DNA from: Myxococcota bacterium
GTDB lineage: Bacteria; Myxococcota_A; UBA796; UBA2385
Direction of reading: 5' to 3'
NCBI GenBank assembly: GCA_044344255.1
Contig: JBIJDH010000018.1
Location: forward strand, 96,001-160,000
DNA length: 64,000 nt
In this document: positions 27,550 through 36,344 of the stretch, piece by piece
How the letters are laid out: each line of letters begins with the position of its first letter
How positions within the stretch are numbered: the first letter of the stretch is position 1
Position numbers and translations under genes: made by a program
The notes under the pieces: model-generated
Databases searched by the model: none
What the model was told of the DNA's origin: nothing
What the model saw: only the letters and a program-made list of their open reading frames with translations

Positions 27550-27585
27550 CGGAGCGGGTCGATTCGGCCCGCTCCGACTGTTTAC
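27550..27585 (+). terminator. Stem-loop after the small peptide gene
   Basis: CGGAGCGGGTCGA-T-TCGGCCCGCTCCG inverted repeat followed by ACTGTTT. Confidence 0.55.
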
Positions 27586-27612
27586 CCGTCCTCATTCTCC
27601 CTCTCCCCGCCC

Positions 27613-27635
27613 CCCTATTCGGGGATGACGGGGGG
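27613..27635 (+). repeat. 23-bp direct repeat, copy 2 (CCCTATTCGGGGATGACGGGGGG)
   Basis: 22/23 identical to 26501-26523. Confidence 0.85.
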
Positions 27636-27855
27636 ACGGCGGAGTCTCGGACGAGCGCGTCCCAGGCCTCCTTCGCCACATTGGGGTCGAGCTTCAGCTC
27701 CTTCTCGACCTCCATCCGGTTGATCTTCTTGAGCTCTGCATAGAGGTCCTCGATGTCATCGAGGTGATCGGTGACCGCATTGAGCGCCTTCTTCGCGTTG
27801 ACCAGGCCTCCAGCGCCTTTCGTTCCCGCTCGGCGATCTCCTCGAGGTCTTTCAT
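27615..27855 (-). pseudogene. Frameshifted ~80-aa helical protein (MKDLEEIAERERKALE/LVNAKKALNAVTDHLDDIEDLYAELKKINRMEVEKELKLDPNVAKEAWDALVRDSAVP/VIPE*)
   Basis: Three reading-frame pieces with coding bias join if one C is restored in each of two C-runs. Could be a pseudogene or homopolymer sequencing errors. Confidence 0.55.
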
Positions 27856-28031
27856 CCCGGAAACGGGCTGGGCCCTTCGGTGATGGTGGGGACTACGGCA
27901 GGGAAGCGGGCCCGAATTTCGCTGAGCTCTGGCAGGAGGAACCTCCGCCGCCGACGCACCGTGTTCAGGCGGCGGTGCAAGGAGGTGGACGGAGGTGCAA
28001 GGAACAGCCGCCCCGTGAGGAGGGCGCGCGT

Positions 28032-29495
28032 CTACCGGTCGGAGACCCCGCGTCGGCCCCGGAGGCCGATCAGGACCAAGGAGAGGCCGAGCGCGAGCCG
28101 GCCCCACGCTCCACCCTCTGTCGGGCTCGCCGACGGGGCGGTGGAGCAGCCCTCCTTCGGCGCCCGGGTGACCTCGCCGCTGGCCTCCTCGGCTCCGCCG
28201 CCAGCCCCTTCGCCTTCGCCTTCGCCTTCGCCCTCGCCCTCGCCGCCGCCGTCGTCACCCGCGTCGGGGCTCACGCAACCGGCGGCGGGGTCACAGACAA
28301 GGCCCGCGGAGACACAGTCGGTCTCGGCGTAGGCGCCGTCGGTGCAGGCGGCGTAGGCGCCGCTGTCGGTGCAGAAGCCCGAGTGGGGCCCGGCGGCGCA
28401 GCGGGCGTCCATGCAGCCGGCGCCCAGCGTGTCGGTGCCGCAGACGAGGCCGAAGGCGGCGCAGTCTCCCGTCCCATAGACCCCGTCGTTGCAGGTGGCG
28501 ATCTGGGTGGCGTCCAGGCACTCGGCGCCGAGCCCGTCGCCGCCCGGGCAGCGGGGATCGACGCAGAAGGCCCAGTCGCCGTCCTCCTGGCAGGCGAGGC
28601 CGTAATACCCGCAGTCGCCCGTGCTCTGGGGCTGGCCGCCCTCGCAGGCCGAGAGGACGGTGCCGTCGCACCAGCGGCCGTTCGCCACCGGACAGGCGCT
28701 GTCGACCGCGCTGTGAAAGGTGACGCCGAAGTGATTGGAGACGGTGCGGAGGCTGCCGTCGGAGGGGTCATTGAGGACAGACCCGTCGAGCACGAGCGTG
28801 CTGCTCCCGCCGCCGTCCAGCATCACGCCGTCCCAACAGCCGAGCTCTACCATGAGGTCGCGCACCTCGTCGCAGGTCATCCCGTCCGAGCTCGAGCTCC
28901 GCCCGTCGATGACCATCATCCAGATGTGCTGGCCGTCGGCCTCGACACACATGGCGCTGCGGGGGTTACGCACGGAGTCAAAGCAGCCCGAGCTCTTCAC
29001 GCCGTCATTGACCATCTGGATGCCGTTGGCGCCGGTCGCCTGATAAAACCGATAGGGCGCGAGGGTGGGGGTGCTGAACCACCAGGCGCTGTCGAGGGGC
29101 AGCTCGACGCCGAGGCTGCACTGCTTCGTGATGGTACAGGCCACATATCCCCAGGTGCCGCCGAGGGTGTCATCGTGGATGTGGTCGTGCCACTGGGCGC
29201 CATTCGAGATGGCGAGGCCCACCGGCGTGGTGCCGTCTGACCAGTCGGAGTTGATGGCGAGGGTCGCGCCCGTGTTCACGGCGAAGGTCTTGGTGTTGAC
29301 CTTCCGCTCGACCCCGATCTCGTCCGAGGAGGCGTGGAGCTGCACCGTGGGCAAGGAGAGGTCGATGCGCGCCGCCCAGATGTCCCAGGGCTCCGCCGTG
29401 GTGCGGTGGAGGAGGTCGAGGCCTGCGTGGGGCGTGGTCCAGGTGTCGGTGGCCTGGGCGCTCTGGACGAAGGTGAGGGCGAGGAGGGCGAGCAT
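28032..29495 (-). CDS. Phosphodiester glycosidase (NAGPA/DUF2233) family protein with Cys-rich repeats and MYXO-CTERM-like tail
   Basis: Signal peptide; LAINSDW, GLAISNG, NPRSAM, MVIDGR, MLDGGGSST; Cys-rich repeats; (GE)n linker; GCSTAP...LALGLSLVLIGLRGRR tail. Confidence 0.88.
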   Translation of the reverse strand: MLALLALTFVQSAQATDTWTTPHAGLDLLHRTTAEPWDIWAARIDLSLPTVQLHASSDEIGVERKVNTKTFAVNTGATLAINSDWSDGTTPVGLAISNGAQWHDHIHDDTLGGTWGYVACTITKQCSLGVELPLDSAWWFSTPTLAPYRFYQATGANGIQMVNDGVKSSGCFDSVRNPRSAMCVEADGQHIWMMVIDGRSSSSDGMTCDEVRDLMVELGCWDGVMLDGGGSSTLVLDGSVLNDPSDGSLRTVSNHFGVTFHSAVDSACPVANGRWCDGTVLSACEGGQPQSTGDCGYYGLACQEDGDWAFCVDPRCPGGDGLGAECLDATQIATCNDGVYGTGDCAAFGLVCGTDTLGAGCMDARCAAGPHSGFCTDSGAYAACTDGAYAETDCVSAGLVCDPAAGCVSPDAGDDGGGEGEGEGEGEGEGAGGGAEEASGEVTRAPKEGCSTAPSASPTEGGAWGRLALGLSLVLIGLRGRRGVSDR

Positions 29496-29521
29496 GGCGG
29501 GAGGGTAGCACGGGCGCGCCG

Positions 29522-29567
29522 GGGCGCTCGGCGACCGGGTGGCGCCGCTCCCGGTCGCCCGGTGCCC
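29522..29567. promoter_or_regulatory. Inverted repeat in divergent intergenic region
   Basis: GGCGACCGGG-N10-CCCGGTCGCC perfect 10-bp arms (29530-29559), extendable by GGGCGC/GTGCCC. Confidence 0.4.
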
Positions 29568-29602
29568 GGGTCCGGGCTAGGTGGACGGACGCAAGGAGTT
29601 CC

Positions 29603-32600
29603 GTGATGCCTGATCTCCGCCTCGGTACCTGCTCCTCGGACCTCCTCCACTTCACCTTCGAGCGCCTCGAAGACGCGCTCCGCCTCTTCCTCGTCAACGC
29701 CGACGAGTCGGGCTCGATGGGCGGGCGCACGCACGAGAACGTGCGGGCTTACGAGGCGGTGGCGGCCAGCCTCGGCGGCAAGGCGGACATCGTCATCCTC
29801 CACGGCTTCGCCTCGGACAGCGACTATGAGGTCATCCTCAGCGCCGCGGCCCAGGCCCGCCTGCCGGGCATCGGGGCGATCATCCCCACCGGGCGCGGCA
29901 AGGTCCTGTCGGCGGAGGGGCCGGAGGCGGTCATTCGGCTGGGGCGGGACACGCTCGCGCGCCACGCGGCGCGGGGCTCGACCAACCCGGCCTCGCACCC
30001 GCAGCTCCTCCGCGCCCTGGCCGCCCTGCTGGACAAGCTCGACGGCGAGCTCGAGCTCGTGGTCCTCAACAGCTCGGACGGCGGCTTCGACGGCGGTCCC
30101 CGCAGCGCGCTCACCCAGCAGATCGAGGCGGCGATGCGCCTCGTCACGGCCCGCTCCCGCTGCCTGCTCGCCGCCAATGTGCTCGTGGGCTCGGCGGGGA
30201 GCCCAGACGCCCTCGGCTTCTTCACGGGAGACAGCGAGAAGTACGACAACCGCTTGCTCTTCTCCACCCTCGCCGCCGCGCCGGGCGTGCTCCTCCTCTC
30301 GGACTTTGACCCCAGCACGGTGCAGGTGGGGGCGAATGACTCCGTCCAGCACACGATCTCCCCGGCGCTGCCGATCTGGCGGGTCACGGAGGGGGACGCG
30401 CTCGTCACCTGGGCCCCCGAGGGTGCGGCGGCCTCCCCGCGCACCGCCGTGGTGCGGCGCATCCTCCCCAAGCCGGGCGGCCGGCGGATGGTGATGCGGG
30501 CCGAGGTCAGCCTGAACCCGCGGGACGTGACCCTCGACCGAGACGGGGTCGAGGTCTTTGACCTCATCGCCCGCAGCCTGTCGGACAACCCCTATCTGCG
30601 AGAGGCCTCGCGGGCGGCGCTCAATGGGCTCATCGCCCCCCTCGAGGCCCTGCTCGGCACCCGGGACGCCGTGCTCGCCATGCTGGTGGCGAGCCCCGCC
30701 GACCTCTCGCGCGAGGGCGCCCTCGTGGAGCAGATCGCGGCCAACACCCGGGCCATCCGAGCGGTGGTCGACGCGCCAGAGCTCAGCCCGCACGCGCGGG
30801 CGAGCCGCTGCAACGCGCTGAACAACGCCCGCCGCCTGCTCAAGGCGGAGCTCCGACAGGCCCGAGAGTCGATGCAGCAGGCGGCGCTCGAGCGGGAGCT
30901 CGGCTTCTATGAGGCGCACCCCAACCACTGGCTGCTCTGGCTGCAGCCGGCGATTGACCGCCTGAAGGAGCAGCTCGGCGCCACGCAGGTCGATCCCGGC
31001 GACAAGATGGCCCACCTCTCCACCCGCATCCGCACGGCGAAGTCCGCGGCGGACGGGCGCGCCCGGGCGGCCGACCGCTTCGTCGACAAGCTGCTCGCCG
31101 AGTCCCGCGCGCGGAGAGACCGCCTGTCTCGGGTGGCCGACCCGCGCGACGCGGTCCCCTTCGAGGCGCCCGGCGCCTGGCTCACCGCGGCCTGCCCCGT
31201 GAGCGGCCTGTCGCTCACGCGCGGGCTCGCGGCCATCCCCTTCGTCGCCGATCGGAGTGACCTCACGAGCGGCAACATCATGTCCGGCGGACAGAACGTC
31301 GACCGCATGCCGATCGACGACGGGCCGCTGCTCTCGCTCTCCGCGGTGCGGGAGCTCATGTGGGGGGAGCTCGGCCAGATGGCCTCCCCCTATACGAACG
31401 GCGCCGCCTGGTACAACGCCGCCATCCCCGTGCTGCTGGGCCCCGCCACCCCCGAGTCCATGCGAGAGCTCGAGCGGGCGCTCGGCTGGCTCTCCACGGG
31501 CACCTCGGCCTTCGTGCCGGTCATGGCCGAGGCCATCCCGGGCGCCCTCGCCGTGCTCCTCGGCGATCCCGCCGACGGCCCCAACCGGAGCCCGACCGTC
31601 CAGGCCCTCCTGCGCACCTCCGCCCTCCTCCCCCGCTACCGGTCCTATCCCTATGTGCCGGGGACGGCGGTCTTCGACGAGGCGGCCCCGATGTTGTCGC
31701 TCACCCAGGTCTGGGCGCAGAGCCTCGACGCGGCGGGGGGCGCGGCCTGTCTCCAGAGCCTCGGCTGTATCACCTCGCTCTTCGGCCGGGCGGTCGCCGC
31801 CGATCAGGCCGACGCCGCCGTCGTCGCCGATGACCTCTTCGCCTGGGCCTGTCGGAACATCGCCCGCGGCGTGCTGGGCGCAGGCGGTGTCGATGGGCGC
31901 GGCGGGGTTGAGGGCATCCGCCGCCTCGCCGCGGCGCTGTTTGTGCGCGTGGAGCTCGCGGGGCACCCCCTCGGCGGTGGGCCCGCCGTGGAGCTGGCCG
32001 TGGCGCCGACCGACCGCGCCCCCGAGGGGCTCGGCCTCCGCGCCGATGACGACGGCGAGTGGCTCGTGGGCCCCACCCTGTCCTGGGTGCTCGGGCCGGC
32101 GGCCGCCGGCTGGACCCTCGGGCCCGTGCTCCGTGCGGGCTTCACCGACGCGCTCAACGCCCACCTCTCGGCCCTGTCGGGATCGGCCCAGACCGAGGTG
32201 ATCCTGGCGCTCGACGGGATCTTCCACCGCCTCGACAGCCTCACCGCTTCCACCCTCAATCGGCCGACCGAGTCCCCGGAGCTGCGGGAGGCCCAGGCGG
32301 CGAAGGCGCCCGCGGGCTCGACGCTATCGGGACAGACCCACCCCGGCTTCGACGACGCCGCGGCCCTCGAGGCCCTCCGCCCGCGGCGCCTGTCCACGCC
32401 GGTCCCCCCGCTCACGAGCCCCCTCGCCCAGGCGCGGCGGATGACCAAGGCCGGAGAGACCACCTGGCTCCCGCCCGCGGACGCCGGCCTGTCGCTCAAC
32501 CCGAGCGCCCTGTCCTATTTCGAGGGCCACACGGCGCTCTATCCGCTCCGCGCCTGGCTCCGCCTCGTCGAGGCCGGGCTGGTCGGGCAGCCGGCCCTGC

Positions 32601-33394
32601 AGGCCCTCCGCGCGAGCGAGGCGGCGCCGCTCATCCCGGCCCTGCCCGCGGTCCTGCCGCGGCTGGCCTCGCTCCTCGGCGGGATGGACGCCGTGCTGCT
32701 GCAGCTCCGCCGGGCCTTCGCCTTCGTGCTCACCCACGCGCACGGCTACGCCGACAGTCAGTGGGCCACCTCCCCGCTGCGCACCGCCACCGCCGAGGCG
32801 GTCGACGCCGTGCTCGGGGCGCCCACTCCGCCGGTCGCCTCGCCGCGCGCCTATGGCGCGGCCGACCACCTCGACCTGTCGGTGGGCGACGACTGGCCGA
32901 AGATGGACGCGCGGGGCTACCTGCCAAAGGCGCAGGCGATTGGCCGCACCGGCGCCCCCCTCCTGCCGCCGCCTCGCCTCGGCCCCGAGGCCCTCGGCCT
33001 CTCCGATGTGTTGCTCGTGCAGGCGGGCTGCGCGGCGATGCTCAGCGACCTCGCCGCCAGCGGGCTCAGCAACGTCTTCGGCGGCCTCCATCGCGGGGCC
33101 CGCCGGCTGCTCGGGGAGCAGGCGATTGACCTCCGCGCGCTGCCCGAGGCGGAGCGCCACCGGCTCATCCTCGAGGAGCTCGCCCCCAAGCTCGCTGGCT
33201 GGGTGCGGGGCGACCCCGCCCACCCGCAGTTCTTCCCGGACTGTGTCAACATCCTCCACCAGCTCTGCGCGCTCGGGGTCGACACGCGCAGCTTCCGCGC
33301 CGACGAGCCCGCCGAGCTCATCGCCGCCGAGGCGAGGGCGCTCCGGGCCGGCCTGTCCGCGCTCACGGGGCCCGCTGCAGCCGGGTCTGAATGA
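29603..33394 (+). CDS. Large hypothetical protein with N-terminal vWA (MIDAS) domain
   Basis: AGGAG RBS; FLVNADESGSM (DxSxS), GSTN, VVLNSSDG; consistent GC3 bias over 1263 aa; remainder unassigned. Confidence 0.78.
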   Translation: MMPDLRLGTCSSDLLHFTFERLEDALRLFLVNADESGSMGGRTHENVRAYEAVAASLGGKADIVILHGFASDSDYEVILSAAAQARLPGIGAIIPTGRGKVLSAEGPEAVIRLGRDTLARHAARGSTNPASHPQLLRALAALLDKLDGELELVVLNSSDGGFDGGPRSALTQQIEAAMRLVTARSRCLLAANVLVGSAGSPDALGFFTGDSEKYDNRLLFSTLAAAPGVLLLSDFDPSTVQVGANDSVQHTISPALPIWRVTEGDALVTWAPEGAAASPRTAVVRRILPKPGGRRMVMRAEVSLNPRDVTLDRDGVEVFDLIARSLSDNPYLREASRAALNGLIAPLEALLGTRDAVLAMLVASPADLSREGALVEQIAANTRAIRAVVDAPELSPHARASRCNALNNARRLLKAELRQARESMQQAALERELGFYEAHPNHWLLWLQPAIDRLKEQLGATQVDPGDKMAHLSTRIRTAKSAADGRARAADRFVDKLLAESRARRDRLSRVADPRDAVPFEAPGAWLTAACPVSGLSLTRGLAAIPFVADRSDLTSGNIMSGGQNVDRMPIDDGPLLSLSAVRELMWGELGQMASPYTNGAAWYNAAIPVLLGPATPESMRELERALGWLSTGTSAFVPVMAEAIPGALAVLLGDPADGPNRSPTVQALLRTSALLPRYRSYPYVPGTAVFDEAAPMLSLTQVWAQSLDAAGGAACLQSLGCITSLFGRAVAADQADAAVVADDLFAWACRNIARGVLGAGGVDGRGGVEGIRRLAAALFVRVELAGHPLGGGPAVELAVAPTDRAPEGLGLRADDDGEWLVGPTLSWVLGPAAAGWTLGPVLRAGFTDALNAHLSALSGSAQTEVILALDGIFHRLDSLTASTLNRPTESPELREAQAAKAPAGSTLSGQTHPGFDDAAALEALRPRRLSTPVPPLTSPLAQARRMTKAGETTWLPPADAGLSLNPSALSYFEGHTALYPLRAWLRLVEAGLVGQPALQALRASEAAPLIPALPAVLPRLASLLGGMDAVLLQLRRAFAFVLTHAHGYADSQWATSPLRTATAEAVDAVLGAPTPPVASPRAYGAADHLDLSVGDDWPKMDARGYLPKAQAIGRTGAPLLPPPRLGPEALGLSDVLLVQAGCAAMLSDLAASGLSNVFGGLHRGARRLLGEQAIDLRALPEAERHRLILEELAPKLAGWVRGDPAHPQFFPDCVNILHQLCALGVDTRSFRADEPAELIAAEARALRAGLSALTGPAAAGSE

Positions 33395-33698
33395 CCTCCT
33401 GGGCGCCGAGCCGGGGGGCCAGGGCGGTCCAGATCTGCTCGGGCTCCATCCCGGGGTGACAGAGCAGCACGTCGAGCAGGGCGAGGTGGTGTTCGGGCCA
33501 GGTCGAGAGCACGACGTGGCTCTCGGCGAGGATGTAGGCGACGGTGACACCGTGGGGCACGAAGCGGGTGACGAGCTCGCCCACGGGCTTCGCGCCCACG
33601 GCGAGGACGGCGCTGCGGAGGGCCTCGCCGAGGCCGACGGCGTCGTTCAGATCGCCCTCGCAGCGGCGGGCGTCGACGAGGAGCTGGGTGATGTTCAA
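33363..33698 (-). CDS. speD: S-adenosylmethionine decarboxylase proenzyme (short class 1B, SpeD/SpeH)
   Basis: RFVPHGVTVAYILAESHVVLSTWPE...LDVLLC with the E-SH pyruvoyl cleavage site; TTG start overlapping the upstream TGA. Confidence 0.85.
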   Translation of the reverse strand: MNITQLLVDARRCEGDLNDAVGLGEALRSAVLAVGAKPVGELVTRFVPHGVTVAYILAESHVVLSTWPEHHLALLDVLLCHPGMEPEQIWTALAPRLGAQEVIQTRLQRAP

Positions 33699-34702
33699 CA
33701 AGGCAGATCCAGGCTCCGGCGGAGGGGGCTCCCGGGGGGCATCTTCCAGATCCGGGCGTCGAGGAGGTAATGGGTGACCTGGGGCACCGCGAGGAGCGGC
33801 GTGAGGGAGAGGAGGGGCTCCCCCAGGGCCTCTGCCAGGGCCGCCCAGCTCTCTTGCCAGACGAGCAGGTCCCAGAGGCCCTCCTCGACGAGCGCGAGGC
33901 TCACGGGGAGCAGGAGCCAGATCGGCCACCACCGATAGACCCAGGGGCGCAGCGGGCCCCGCCCAAGGGCCCACTGGCGGCTCCCCACGCGGTGTACGAG
34001 GGCGAGGTAGGAGAGGCCGTGGGGGAGCACGTTGGCGATGGTGAAGGCGCCGTCGCTGTTGGTCCAGACGATGGCGGTGAACCAGGACAGGCCGGTGCCG
34101 AGCAGCCAGAGGTCGCGGCCCCAGGCGAGGCGGCGGCTGCGCAGCCGGAGCCCGAGGTGGGTGAGGGCCAGGGCGGCGGTGAGCGCCCCGGCGGGCCAGA
34201 GGACCCACCCGGGCAGGGCGGGGAGGTCGCCCTCGGTGAACCAGGTGAAGGCCCGGGGGAGGTGGGTCATCCAATAGACGAGGGGCAGCGCGCAGAGGGC
34301 CTCGGAGAGGCGGCGCTCCACCGCCCGCTCGAAGGGGGAGAGGCCGCCCGCCCGCGCCTGATAGAGCGCGAGGATGCCCGTCTGCTGGCGAATGAAATGA
34401 AAGATGGCCAGGGCGGCCAGCGCCGACCAGAAGCGCTCCGCCGCGAGGGCCCACAGCAGGCTGGCGCCGACCAGCGCGGCCAGGGCGCACTCGAGGAGGG
34501 TGCGCCGCGGGGCCGTGGGGTCGAGCGCGGTTCGATAGAGGCTCGACCAGGTGTGGGCCACGTCCACGCCGACGACGAGCAGCAGCCAGGCGCCCGTGGA
34601 CAGGGTGAGGGAGGCGGGCCAGAGGGCGGCCAGGGCGGCGGCCCCGAAGGCCGGACCGACCATGAAGCACAGATCCCAGCGGGGAGAGACCAGCCACATC
34701 AT
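33695..34702 (-). CDS. Conserved integral membrane protein with His motifs
   Basis: Multi-TM; DVAHTWSSLYR, FHFIRQQ, HGLSY, PQVTHYLLDARIWK; translationally coupled to speD. Confidence 0.75.
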   Translation of the reverse strand: MMWLVSPRWDLCFMVGPAFGAAALAALWPASLTLSTGAWLLLVVGVDVAHTWSSLYRTALDPTAPRRTLLECALAALVGASLLWALAAERFWSALAALAIFHFIRQQTGILALYQARAGGLSPFERAVERRLSEALCALPLVYWMTHLPRAFTWFTEGDLPALPGWVLWPAGALTAALALTHLGLRLRSRRLAWGRDLWLLGTGLSWFTAIVWTNSDGAFTIANVLPHGLSYLALVHRVGSRQWALGRGPLRPWVYRWWPIWLLLPVSLALVEEGLWDLLVWQESWAALAEALGEPLLSLTPLLAVPQVTHYLLDARIWKMPPGSPLRRSLDLPC

Positions 34703-34733
34703 CGGTCGACGCTCGGGTGGCCGCCGGCCGCGC

Positions 34734-36344
34734 TCATCGCCAGACCTCGGTCAGGAGCCCGCGCGCGGCGAGCACCTCCTCGGCGGCGCGGACCCCGTGC
34801 TCGGCTGCCTCTTCGAAGAGGGAGAGGCCGGAGAGGTCGGTGTGGGCGAAAGACACGGCCCCGACCGGCGCCTGGAGGGCGGCGAGGCGCCCGTCGTGGA
34901 GGCCGGGGACGGGGCGGGCGGTGCCGTGGCCCCAGCGCCAGAGCTGGACGCCCAGGACGAGGTCGTCGATGTCGGGGTGCGGGCCGCGGAGCTCGGCGAG
35001 GACACGCTCGGCGTCGGCCTCGGGGTCGCCCTCGAGCAGGCGCCGCCGCTCCGCCCGCGGGTCCGGGCCGGTCAAGGGCTCGTACCAGGACAGGACCGCG
35101 CGGCCGGGGACCGCGTGGGTCTGGTGGCGGTTCTGCACGTAGCCGAGGCTGGAGGCGCCGTAGATCACGGTGTCCCAGGCGGGGTCCGAGCCCGCCCCGC
35201 GCGGCGGAGTGGTGACCTCGATCGCCGCGACCCGCCAGGGGGCCGCGTCTACCGCCGCCGGGCGGGGGGCGCCGAGGAGGCGACCGGCGACGGCCGTGGG
35301 CACGGCGAGCACGACCTGATCGGCCTGGATGGCGATGACGTCGCCTGCCTCCTCGACGACGAGGCGGGCGGGGGGCCCAGGCTCCACCGACCGCACCACC
35401 GCCCCGGCGCGCAGGGGATAGGGCGAGCGCGCCCGCAGCGCCTCCACCATCCAGCCGTTGCCGGCGGGCCAGGTGAGCACGTTCGTGGACAGGGCCAGGG
35501 CGGGGTCGGGCCGCCGCGCGCAGTGGTAGTGGAGCCCGGCCCAGGCGCTCGTGCCCTCGAGGGTGGTGCCGTAGTCGTCTCGACAGCCGTACTCCACCCA
35601 CCAACGAAAGACTGGGTCTGTCCAGCCCTGGGTGTCGAGCCAGTCGGCGAAGGTGCGCGCCACGAGGGCGCGGGGGACAGGGTCCCAGGAGCAGCCGTGG
35701 AGGGGGAGCGTGAAATAGGGCCGCCCGTCGGCGCCGACGGCGGCGCGGAGGCGGGCGACCTCGGCCTCGAAGTCTGTCCGCTGCGACAGGGCCTCGGCGC
35801 CGGCGATGCGGGAGGGCCAGAGCCCCTCGGTGAATCGGCCCCCGTTCCAGAGGCGCTCCTCGGGGGCGGCCACCACCGCGAGCTCGTCGTAGCGGGGCCG
35901 GCCGTCGGCGTCGAAGCCTTGAATGACACCGAGCTCGCGCAGCAGGCGGCGCATCACCCGCGCCTCGGGGTTCGGCAGGGTGAGGTAGTGCGCCCCCCAG
36001 GGGAAGGGGCCGCCGTGCCCCTCGCCGGAGCGCGCGGTCCCGCCGGCCTGGTCGGCGAGCTCGACCAGCACGACGTCGCGGAGGCCGGCGGCGGCGAGGC
36101 GCCAGGCGGCGGTGAGCCCGGCCACGCCCGCGCCGACGATGGCCACCGCCACGGACTGGTCGCGCCGCGGCGCCGGGGCGGGGCTCCACAGGCGGTGGCC
36201 GCGCTCGGCGTCGGGGCCGTCGGCGTAGGTGGCTGGGGGGCGGGCCGCGGGTCGGGCCCGCGGGGCGGCGCCGCAGCGCAGCGCGAGGAGGCCGGCGGCC
36301 CCCGCCTGGAGCACCCCGCGGCGTGAGGGGGGAGGCGACCTCAC
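34734..36344 (-). CDS. FAD-dependent oxidoreductase (amine oxidase-like) with Tat-type signal
   Basis: SRRGVL twin-arginine motif; VAIVGAGVAGLTAA, GGTARSG, WGAHYL, CRDDYG, WAGLHY, RWGHG, AHTDLSGLSLFEEA; GTGA overlap with the upstream gene. Confidence 0.88.
   Translation of the reverse strand: MRSPPPSRRGVLQAGAAGLLALRCGAAPRARPAARPPATYADGPDAERGHRLWSPAPAPRRDQSVAVAIVGAGVAGLTAAWRLAAAGLRDVVLVELADQAGGTARSGEGHGGPFPWGAHYLTLPNPEARVMRRLLRELGVIQGFDADGRPRYDELAVVAAPEERLWNGGRFTEGLWPSRIAGAEALSQRTDFEAEVARLRAAVGADGRPYFTLPLHGCSWDPVPRALVARTFADWLDTQGWTDPVFRWWVEYGCRDDYGTTLEGTSAWAGLHYHCARRPDPALALSTNVLTWPAGNGWMVEALRARSPYPLRAGAVVRSVEPGPPARLVVEEAGDVIAIQADQVVLAVPTAVAGRLLGAPRPAAVDAAPWRVAAIEVTTPPRGAGSDPAWDTVIYGASSLGYVQNRHQTHAVPGRAVLSWYEPLTGPDPRAERRRLLEGDPEADAERVLAELRGPHPDIDDLVLGVQLWRWGHGTARPVPGLHDGRLAALQAPVGAVSFAHTDLSGLSLFEEAAEHGVRAAEEVLAARGLLTEVWR

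Noticed and set aside
28205..28245. (CTTCGC/CCTCGC)n microsatellite
   Set aside because: Encodes a Gly-Glu linker before the sorting tail; ordinary low-complexity coding sequence.
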